From positions 893 through 64,892 of the forward strand of contig CACYPV010000006.1 of assembly GCA_902776375.1 (NCBI GenBank): DNA of 64,000 nt, in the 5' to 3' direction. Below the pieces are notes generated by a model that made no database searches, was not told the origin of the DNA, and saw only the letters and a list, made by a program, of their open reading frames with translations. Of this stretch, positions 26,467 to 33,549 are shown piece by piece. Position numbers and translations under genes: made by a program. The DNA is from an uncultured Ruminococcus sp. Its GTDB lineage: Bacteria > Bacillota > Clostridia > Oscillospirales > Acutalibacteraceae. Within the stretch, counting starts at the first letter, position 1; every line of letters starts with the position of its first letter.

Positions 26467-27816
26467 CTAAAAACGGTGTTCTTTCTCGAAGTCCTGCATA
26501 AAGTCGGTAGTGTATTCGCCGCTGACAAAGCGGTCGTCGGAAAGTATCTCGGCGAGGAGGTCGCGGTTGATGTCGATTCCGTCCATAGTCAGCTCGGAGA
26601 GCGCCATTTTCATTTTGCGGATAGCCTCGGCACGGCTGCGCGCCTGAACTATCAGCTTGCCTACCATTGAGTCGTAATACGGCGGAACGGTGTAGTCCTG
26701 ATAAACGGCGGTGTCAAAGCGCACGAAGCTGCCGCCGGGGGTGTGCAGACGGCGGATCTTGCCGCAGCTGGGGCGGTAGCCCTTTGCGGGATTTTCGGCG
26801 TTTATGCGGCATTCGATAACATTGCCGTGGGTGAAGATGCTGTCCTGAGTGCGCGTGAGCCTTGCGCCCGCGGCGATGCGTATCTGCCACTGGACGATGT
26901 CAAGACCCGTGACCATTTCGGTGACGCCGTGCTCGACCTGCAGGCGGGTGTTCATCTCCATAAAGTAGAAGTTGTTGTCCATGTCGAGCAAAAACTCGAC
27001 CGTGCCGGCGTTGATATAATGCACAGCCTTTGCCGCCTTGACCGCCGCGATCATCATTCTTTTGCGGGTCTTTTCGTCAAGCGCGGGGCTGGGACTTTCC
27101 TCGATCATCTTCTGATTCTTGCGCTGAACGCTGCACTCGCGCTCGCCGAGGCAGATGATGTTGTTGTATTTGTCGCAGAGAAGCTGCATTTCGATGTGCT
27201 TTACGGGGCGGATGAACTTTTCAAGATAGCACGCGCCGTCGCCGAAGGCGGACTTTGCCTCGGCGCTCGCCGCGAGGAACGCCTCCTCGAAGCGGTCGAT
27301 GGAGTCTACGCGGCGGATACCTTTGCCGCCGCCGCCCGAACGCGCCTTGATAAGAAGCGGGAAGCCGATGCGCTCCGCCTCGATCTTTGCCTGTTCAACG
27401 TCCTCGACCACGTCGCAGCCGGGGGTGACCGGAACGCCCGCCGCGCGCATGGTTTTGCGCGCCATGTCCTTGTCGCCGAGCATGGCGATCATGTCGGAGG
27501 TGGGCCCGATGAAGTTGATATTGCACTGCTCGCAGAGCGACACGAACTTGGCGTTCTCGCTGAGCAGACCGTAGCCCGGGTGGATAGCCTGAGCGCCGCT
27601 TTCGACAGCGACGGTGAGGATAGCCGGGATATTGAGATAACTGTCTGCCACGCGGTTGCCGCCCACGCAGTAGCTTTCGTCGGCGAGCTGGACGTGCATG
27701 GCGTCCTTGTCGGCTTTTGAGTAAATAGCCACGGTGGAAATGCCCATTTCGCGGCAGGCGCGGATTATGCGCACGGCGATCTCGCCGCGGTTGGCGATCA
27801 GAATTTTAGAAAACAT
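26467..27816 (-). CDS. accC: Acetyl-CoA carboxylase biotin carboxylase subunit
   Basis: ATP-grasp biotin carboxylase (MFSKILIANRGEIAVRIIRAC..; EMNTRLQVEH). Confidence 0.95.
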   Translation of the reverse strand: MFSKILIANRGEIAVRIIRACREMGISTVAIYSKADKDAMHVQLADESYCVGGNRVADSYLNIPAILTVAVESGAQAIHPGYGLLSENAKFVSLCEQCNINFIGPTSDMIAMLGDKDMARKTMRAAGVPVTPGCDVVEDVEQAKIEAERIGFPLLIKARSGGGGKGIRRVDSIDRFEEAFLAASAEAKSAFGDGACYLEKFIRPVKHIEMQLLCDKYNNIICLGERECSVQRKNQKMIEESPSPALDEKTRKRMMIAAVKAAKAVHYINAGTVEFLLDMDNNFYFMEMNTRLQVEHGVTEMVTGLDIVQWQIRIAAGARLTRTQDSIFTHGNVIECRINAENPAKGYRPSCGKIRRLHTPGGSFVRFDTAVYQDYTVPPYYDSMVGKLIVQARSRAEAIRKMKMALSELTMDGIDINRDLLAEILSDDRFVSGEYTTDFMQDFEKEHRF

Positions 27817-27866
27817 ATAATCACATCCGTTTTAGAGGCTAGAGGCTAGATCAATGCGTAATTGGA
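27817..27866. repeat. Short word-repeat spacer (CTAGAGG and GCGTAAT words) between accC and fabZ
   Basis: TTTAGAGGCTAGAGGCTAGATCAATGCGTAATTGG uses the same words as the large elements. Confidence 0.6.
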
Positions 27867-28292
27867 TCACTGCTTTTCGTTTGGAACAAGCGCGAAGCTG
27901 AGCTCGGCGCTGACGCAGAGCTTGCCGTCGACATAACCCTTTGCGTCGATGAAATAGAACGCGCCGCGGTTTTTGGTGAGGGTGCAGACGCTCTCTAAGG
28001 TATCGCCGGGCTTTACGGGGTTTTTGAATTTGACCTTGTCCATTTTTGTGAAGTAGGGCGTGCAGTCGCTTACCTTGTCGGCAAGCAGGCAGCAACTTGC
28101 CTGACCCATCATTTCGCAGAGAATGACGCCCGGGACGACGGGGTTGCCGGGGAAATGACCCTGCAAAAAGAACTCGTCGCCCTTTATTGTATATTTGCCC
28201 TTAGCGGTGTTCTCGTCGAGCATTTCGGATTCCTCGACGAGCAGCATGTTGTCGCGGTGGGGCAGGATTTTCATGATTTGTTCTTGATTCAT
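27867..28292 (-). CDS. fabZ: 3-hydroxyacyl-ACP dehydratase
   Basis: LPHRDNMLLVEE..GHFPGNPVVPGVILCEMMGQ is the FabZ signature. The start is set at MNQEQI (28292); the longer ORF runs into the repeat element. Confidence 0.9.
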   Translation of the reverse strand: MNQEQIMKILPHRDNMLLVEESEMLDENTAKGKYTIKGDEFFLQGHFPGNPVVPGVILCEMMGQASCCLLADKVSDCTPYFTKMDKVKFKNPVKPGDTLESVCTLTKNRGAFYFIDAKGYVDGKLCVSAELSFALVPNEKQ

Positions 28293-28552
28293 GGTTTGCT
28301 CCTTTGGAGAATTGAAAATGGAGAATGGAAAATGGAAAATTTCGGGTCGCTTCGCTCCGGATTTGTATTGTGTTTGGTTGCAAAACAACGTTTGTGCGCT
28401 GCATTGGGGGATCTCTCGACTATTTCCTGTCGGAAATTTTTGCTTCGCAAAACCGCTCGAGATGACAACTATTGGAAACCGCGCTAATACAAATCAGGTG
28501 TGGGCGGAGCCCGCCCTCAATTGTCAATTGTTCATTGTCAATTGTTAATTGT
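28293..28552. repeat. Composite repeat element (TIR-like core with a nested module-B copy) between fabZ and accB
   Basis: Words at 28303-28340, core at 28344-28516 in inverted orientation with module B at 28406-28467 inside it, and CAATTGTC words at 28518-28552. Confidence 0.85.
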
Positions 28553-28987
28553 TTAGCTTTTCAAGCTAAACAACGGCTGGTCGTATTCTACCAATTCGCC
28601 GTCCTTGGCAAGGACTTCGATGATCTCGCCGTCGGCTTCCGCCTGGATCTCGTTCATGCACTTCATGGCTTCGATAATGCAGACGGTATCGCCCTTCTTG
28701 ACCTTTTTGCCCGCGTAAACGTAGGGGTCGCTGTCGGGCGAGGGGGCGGCGTAGAACACGCCTACGATGGGAGCGTTGATTGTTTTGCCGCTTTCGGCTG
28801 TTGCCGGAGCGGGCTCGGCTGCGGGCGCGGGAGCCGGAGCTGCCTGAACCGTTACGGGAGCGGCTGCGGCTGCGGCGGCGGGCTTTTCGAGGCGGATGGA
28901 GTCGTTTCCGTCTGAGAGCTCAATAGCCTGAAGTCCGCTTTCCTCCAGCACGTTTATGTATTCCTTGAGGGTAGCTATATCTATCAT
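28553..28987 (-). CDS. accB: Acetyl-CoA carboxylase biotin carboxyl carrier protein
   Basis: Ala/Pro linker and biotinyl motif [12 protein letters not shown]. Confidence 0.9.
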   Translation of the reverse strand: MIDIATLKEYINVLEESGLQAIELSDGNDSIRLEKPAAAAAAAPVTVQAAPAPAPAAEPAPATAESGKTINAPIVGVFYAAPSPDSDPYVYAGKKVKKGDTVCIIEAMKCMNEIQAEADGEIIEVLAKDGELVEYDQPLFSLKS

Positions 28988-28999
28988 TACGTTCCTCCG

Positions 29000-30229
29000 T
29001 TATACTTTCTTGAAAATGACGCAAGCGTCGTGACCGCCGAAGCCGAGGTTGGTTGAGATGGCAACGTTTACGTCGCGCTTTTTCGCGGTTTTGGGCGTGT
29101 AGTCGAGGTCAAGCCCTTCGTCGGGCTCGTCGAGATTGATGGTGGGCGGAATGATACCGTCGTCGAGCGCCTTGACCGCCGCGATAGCTTCGATAGCGCC
29201 GGTAGCGCCCAGCATGTGGCCTGTCATGGATTTGGTGGAGCTTATGCTCGCGCTGTACGCCTTGTCGCCCAGCGCCTTCTTGAAGGCGATAGTCTCGGTG
29301 AGGTCGTTGAGGTGGGTGCTGGTGCCGTGGGCGTTGATGTATATTTCTGCGTCGTCGGGGACGTTAGCCTCGTTGAGCGCGATTTTGATTGCCTTTGCCA
29401 GCCCGTCGCCCTCGGGGTCGGGAGCTGTTATATGGTGAGCGTCGCAGGTGTTGCCGTAACCGGCGAACTCGGCGTAGATCTTAGCGCCGCGAGCCTTAGC
29501 GTGCTCGTATTCCTCGAGGATAAGCACGCCCGCGCCCTCGCCCATTACAAAGCCGTCGCGGTCTTTGTCGAAGGGACGTGAAGCGGTTTTGGGGTCGGGA
29601 TTGGTGGAAAGCGCCTTCATGTTTTGGAAGCCCGCAATGGTGAGCCGCTCCACGACCGCCTCGGCGCCGCCCGCGATAACAGCGTCGGCGTAGCCGTCCT
29701 TTACGGCGTGGAATGCCTCGCCGATAGAATTGGTGCCTGTGGCGCACGCGCTCATGACAGAGAGCGTAACGCCCTTGGCGTTGAAGCGGATAGCGGTGTT
29801 TCCGGTGGCGATGTTGCCTATCATCATGGGGATGAAGAAGGGGCTGACCTTGCGCGGACCGCCGTGGTCGAGGCCTAAAGTGTTGTCGACAAAGGTCTGC
29901 AAGCCGCCTATGCCCGCGCCGATATACACGCCGAAGCGGTCTTCGTCGATATGACCGAGGATGCCGCTGTCGTCGACAGCCTGCTGAGCCGCCGCCATGG
30001 CGTACTGGCAGTAAATATCGAGCTTTTTGGCTTCTCGCTTTTCAAAGTAAAGCTCGGGCTGAAAATCCTTTACGGTGCCGGCGATATGAACCTTCAGATC
30101 GGAGGTGTCGAACGCGGTTATCTCGTCGATGCCGCACACGCCGTTTATCATATTATTCCACATAGTCGGGACGTCGTTTCCGACGGGGCTAATCACGCCC
30201 AGACCCGTAACTACAACTCGTCTGCTCAT
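29000..30229 (-). CDS. fabF: Beta-ketoacyl-ACP synthase II
   Basis: MSRRVVVTGLGVISPVGN.., active-site SACATG, and HGTSTHLNDLTE/GHMLGATG motifs. The start is set at 30229; the upstream extension translates the repeat. Confidence 0.95.
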   Translation of the reverse strand: MSRRVVVTGLGVISPVGNDVPTMWNNMINGVCGIDEITAFDTSDLKVHIAGTVKDFQPELYFEKREAKKLDIYCQYAMAAAQQAVDDSGILGHIDEDRFGVYIGAGIGGLQTFVDNTLGLDHGGPRKVSPFFIPMMIGNIATGNTAIRFNAKGVTLSVMSACATGTNSIGEAFHAVKDGYADAVIAGGAEAVVERLTIAGFQNMKALSTNPDPKTASRPFDKDRDGFVMGEGAGVLILEEYEHAKARGAKIYAEFAGYGNTCDAHHITAPDPEGDGLAKAIKIALNEANVPDDAEIYINAHGTSTHLNDLTETIAFKKALGDKAYSASISSTKSMTGHMLGATGAIEAIAAVKALDDGIIPPTINLDEPDEGLDLDYTPKTAKKRDVNVAISTNLGFGGHDACVIFKKV

Positions 30230-30397
30230 GTGATCACTCCATTTCAGTTGACAATTGACGATTGATAATTGACAATTAAGATTGGGCTCTGCCCACACCC
30301 GATTAATATTCGTGCCGTGCGACAAAAACATGCGGCATCATAAATCGGAGCGAAGCGACCCTAAATTGTCCACTGTCCATTATAAATTGTCCATTTA
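30230..30397. repeat. Composite repeat element (GACAATTG words plus a 78-nt TIR-like core) between fabF and fabG
   Basis: Words at 30246-30280 and 30362-30397. Core at 30284-30361: GGGCTCTGCCCACACCCGATT..AATCGGAGCGAAGCGACCC. Confidence 0.85.
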
Positions 30398-31141
30398 TTA
30401 AATAGCAAGTCCGCCGTCTACGCGGATGACCTCGCCCGTTACGTATGCAGCCTCGTCGCTGCAAAGGAAGGCAACGACGTTAGCCACGTCCTCGGGGGTG
30501 CCTATTCTTTTGGCGGGGATCTGCGCCTGCATGGCTTCCTTGATTTTGTCGGAAAGGGCGTTGGTCATGTCGGTGCCGATATAGCCGGGGGCTACGGCGT
30601 TGACGGTGACTCCCCTGCCGGCGAGCTCGCGTGCTACGGACTTTGTAAGGCCGATTATGCCCGCCTTGGAAGCGGAATAGTTAGCCTGACCCGCGTTGCC
30701 GATAAGACCGACGATGGAGGAGGTGCTGACGATCCTGCCGGCGCGCTTTTTCATAAAGTGCTTGTAGGTGTGCTTTATCATATTGAAGGTGCCCTTGAGG
30801 TTGACGTTTATTACCGCGTCAAAGTCCTTTTCGTCCATGTTGAGCACCAGCTTGTCGCGGGTGATGCCCGCGTTGTTTATCAGGAAATCGATACCGCCGA
30901 ATTCCGCGATAACGGTATCGACGACCTTTTTGGACGCCTCAAAATCGGAAACGTCGCAGAAATACTGCTCGACCTTGGTGCCGAAGCTCTTTAATTCCTC
31001 GACGGCGTTTTTGCCCTCGGATTCATCGCCGACGTAAAGAATGGCGATGTTGGCGCCGGCCGCGGCGAGCTTTTTTGCGATAGCGAGTCCGATACCGCGC
31101 GAGCCGCCTGTGATGACGGCAGTTTTGTTTTCGAAATTCAT
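30398..31141 (-). CDS. fabG: 3-oxoacyl-ACP reductase
   Basis: TGGSRGIG, NNAG and YSASKAG motifs, in the usual operon position. Confidence 0.9.
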   Translation of the reverse strand: MNFENKTAVITGGSRGIGLAIAKKLAAAGANIAILYVGDESEGKNAVEELKSFGTKVEQYFCDVSDFEASKKVVDTVIAEFGGIDFLINNAGITRDKLVLNMDEKDFDAVINVNLKGTFNMIKHTYKHFMKKRAGRIVSTSSIVGLIGNAGQANYSASKAGIIGLTKSVARELAGRGVTVNAVAPGYIGTDMTNALSDKIKEAMQAQIPAKRIGTPEDVANVVAFLCSDEAAYVTGEVIRVDGGLAI

Positions 31142-31186
31142 ATTTTCTCCTTATTGTTTGTTGTTCTGGATGACAGTTTCTAATAT

Positions 31187-32083
31187 CTAATCAAAATTAA
31201 TATCGTCAGGGGTTTCGACCTTGTATGCTTTTACGTCGTCGAAGGTGCGCTTGCACAGGTTTTGCAGGGTCTTGCCCACGCCGATCTCGATAACGGTGTC
31301 TACGCCGTCGGCTTTCATGTTTTCCATTATGGTCTGCCAGCGGACGGGGTTTTCGACCTGCGCCCTGACAAGCTGCTTATAGTCGCCCTCGTAGGGCTTG
31401 GCGGTGAAGTTGGAGTAGATTTTGATTTTAGGTTCGCTGAAATCTACGCCTTGCATGTATTCGGCGAGCCCTGCCGCCGCCTGAGCCATGAACGGAGAGT
31501 GGAAGGCTCCGCTTACGGGCAGAGCCTTTGCCCTGCCGCCCGCCTCTTTGACCGCCTTGCAGAAGGCGTCGCTGTTTTCGACAGTCGTCGCGACGACCGT
31601 TTGAGCGGGGGAATTATAGTTGACGGGATAGGTTTTATCGAAGCCCGCGCAGATCTCCTCGACCTTTTCGGGAGCTATCTTCATAACCGCGACCATTGCG
31701 CCGGGGTTTTCGCGCGCAGCCTTGTCCATGAGCTCGCCGCGCTTGCACACGAGCCTGAACGCGTCCTCGTCGGAGAGCATGCCGGCGAACGCGAGAGCCG
31801 CGATCTCGCCGAGCGAAAAGCCTGCCACGCAGTCGGGCGTAATGCCCTTTTCTACCAACGCGCGCGCCGCCGCAAGATCGACGGTGAACACGCAGGGCTG
31901 GGTGTTCACGGTTTGGGTGAGCTCCTCAGCCGTGCCCTCGAAGCACTGCTTTGAGGTGCCGGGGCGAACGCTGTCCGCCATATCGTAGACCGCCTTGGCA
32001 GCGGGTGAGGCGTCGTACATTGCCTTGCCCATGCCGCTGTACTGGGCGCCCTGTCCTGAAAATACAAATGCTATTTTACCCAT
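31187..32083 (-). CDS. fabD: Malonyl CoA-ACP transacylase
   Basis: FSGQGAQY and GFSLGE active-site motifs. Confidence 0.9.
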   Translation of the reverse strand: MGKIAFVFSGQGAQYSGMGKAMYDASPAAKAVYDMADSVRPGTSKQCFEGTAEELTQTVNTQPCVFTVDLAAARALVEKGITPDCVAGFSLGEIAALAFAGMLSDEDAFRLVCKRGELMDKAARENPGAMVAVMKIAPEKVEEICAGFDKTYPVNYNSPAQTVVATTVENSDAFCKAVKEAGGRAKALPVSGAFHSPFMAQAAAGLAEYMQGVDFSEPKIKIYSNFTAKPYEGDYKQLVRAQVENPVRWQTIMENMKADGVDTVIEIGVGKTLQNLCKRTFDDVKAYKVETPDDINFD

Positions 32084-33021
32084 TTTGTCGCTCCGTTCAG
32101 TACCGCCTCTGCCTCGCCGAACATTTCGGTGATAATCTCGCGTGAGGTCTGCTCGCGGGTCACCATTGAGGCGACCTGTCCGGCCAGCACGCAGCCGTTC
32201 TTGACATCGCCCTCGCGCGCCGCAAGGCGGAGCACGCCGGTAGCCATTTTTTCGAGCTCCTCGTCGGAGTAGTTGGTTGAATCGTATTCAGCCTTGGCGT
32301 ATTCTCTGGTGAATTGGTTGCGGATAGAGCGGACGGGATGACCTAAACGCTTGCCGGTCACGACCGAGTCGATATCCTTCGCCTTTAATACCTTGTCCTT
32401 GTATTCCTGAGCTATGGTACATTCCTTAGCTACCAAAAAGCGCGTGCCGACCTGAACGCCCACCGCGCCCAGCATGAACGCCGCCGCGACCTGTCTGCCG
32501 TCGGCTATGCCGCCCGCGGCGATGACGGGTATCTTTACCGCGTCGACGACCTGGGGAACGAGCGCCATTGTGGTGAGCTCGCCGACGTGACCGCCGCTCT
32601 CTCCCCCTTCGGCTATCAGCGCGAAGGCTCCGAGCTTTTCCATGCGCCTTGCAAGCGCTACGGAGGGGATCACGGGGATGACCTTGATACCTGCGGCTAG
32701 CCATTTTTCCATATATTTGCCGGGGTTGCCCGCGCCCGTGGTGACGACGGGTATACCCTCTTCGATCACAACGTCGGCTACCTCGTCGGCGAAGGGGCTC
32801 ATGAGCATGATGTTTACGCCGAAGGGCTTGTCGGTGAGCTGCTTGCATTTGCGTATCTCGTCACGGAGCTGCTCGCCGTTGGAATTCATGGCGGCTATAA
32901 GCCCCAGACCGCCCGCATTGGAAACGCCTGCGGCGAGCGAGGCGTCGGCTACCCAAGCCATTCCGCCCTGAAAAATCGGGAACTCCAGTCCCAGCGATTG
33001 GTCGATAACTGTCGAAATCAT
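32071..33021 (-). CDS. fabK: Enoyl-ACP reductase II (FMN, nitronate monooxygenase fold)
   Basis: FPIFQGGMAWV and the operon position upstream of fabD. The start is set at MISTVID (33021). Confidence 0.85.
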   Translation of the reverse strand: MISTVIDQSLGLEFPIFQGGMAWVADASLAAGVSNAGGLGLIAAMNSNGEQLRDEIRKCKQLTDKPFGVNIMLMSPFADEVADVVIEEGIPVVTTGAGNPGKYMEKWLAAGIKVIPVIPSVALARRMEKLGAFALIAEGGESGGHVGELTTMALVPQVVDAVKIPVIAAGGIADGRQVAAAFMLGAVGVQVGTRFLVAKECTIAQEYKDKVLKAKDIDSVVTGKRLGHPVRSIRNQFTREYAKAEYDSTNYSDEELEKMATGVLRLAAREGDVKNGCVLAGQVASMVTREQTSREIITEMFGEAEAVLNGATKWVK

Positions 33022-33123
33022 ATGCACTTTCTCCTTTATATTGCGCACGCACAATTTCATTAGTCTTAGCAAAATTTAATCGTATACTCTGCGTTTTACG
33101 CATAGTAGGACATTATCGTTATT

Positions 33124-33152
33124 ATCATACCTCAAAAACCGGAAAAAGTCAA
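33124..33152 (-). promoter_or_regulatory. Putative promoter TTGACT-17-TATGAT upstream of fabK
   Basis: Near-consensus hexamers on the minus strand, about 100 nt upstream of the fabK start. Confidence 0.4.
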
Positions 33153-33175
33153 CTTATATATTTGGAGCTTGATAA

Positions 33176-33209
33176 GAAAACAAAAAGGAGCGGACGTTTT
33201 GTCCGCTCC
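33176..33209 (-). terminator. Rho-independent terminator downstream of the amylase locus
   Basis: GGAGCGGAC-N5-GTCCGCTCC, followed on the minus strand by TTTTTGTTTT. Confidence 0.7.
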
Positions 33210-33224
33210 AAAGGTGTGTATTTA

Positions 33225-33549
33225 TTACTGCCAGTTGCCGTTGTACCAGCTTGTGATGACATAGGTACCGCCGATTTGAGTATCGAGGTCGGGCGTCTGG
33301 TTGAAGATGTTTCTGGGATCCCAGCTGGGCTGCTGTCCCTTGGGAACTCTTACGAAGAGTATCTTATTGCCGAACTCGCCTGTGAACACATACGCGGTGG
33401 CGTCGCCTGTACCGGAGAGCCATTTGCCTTCGCTGCCTTCGTTCCATGTCCAGGCGTACCAGTCCTGACCCTTGTCGTTATCAACAAAGCTGCCGTTTAC
33501 AAGGGTAACGGTATCGCCGGAGGGCGGATTGGTCGGGTTGGTAGGATTA
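33225..33549 (-). pseudogene. Out-of-frame 3' extension of the amylase gene: P/T/N linker plus a ~95-aa aromatic-rich CBM-like module
   Basis: The frame downstream of the amylase stop reads NNPTNPTNPPSGDTVTLVNGSFVDNDKGQDWYAWTWNEGSEGKWLSG..ILFVRVPKGQQPSWDPRNIFNQTPDL..NGNWQ*. It is separated from the amylase frame by one nucleotide at a G6/C6 run (33552-33557). Confidence 0.6.

Noticed and set aside
26256-26501. Track ORFs lying entirely in repeat elements: 7226..7444(-), 26256..26501(+), 28291..28548(+), 28472..28915(+, partly) and 42260..42448(+).
   Set aside because: Their 'proteins' are translations of palindromic modules and word arrays (for example NCQLSIVNC, HWGISRLFPVGNFCFAKPLEMT). The same DNA recurs in both orientations, and no SD is present.
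30230-30331. N-terminal extensions of track ORFs for fabF (to 30331), fabZ (to 28388), fabK (to 33072), the amylase (to 36966), gltX (from 19630), pdxK (from 15152), the ECF-S gene (from 16166) and murF (from 58099).
   Set aside because: The extensions run into repeat or leader sequence. Internal ATG codons with good SD sequences give N-termini matching the family norm (for example MSRRVVVTGLG for FabF).
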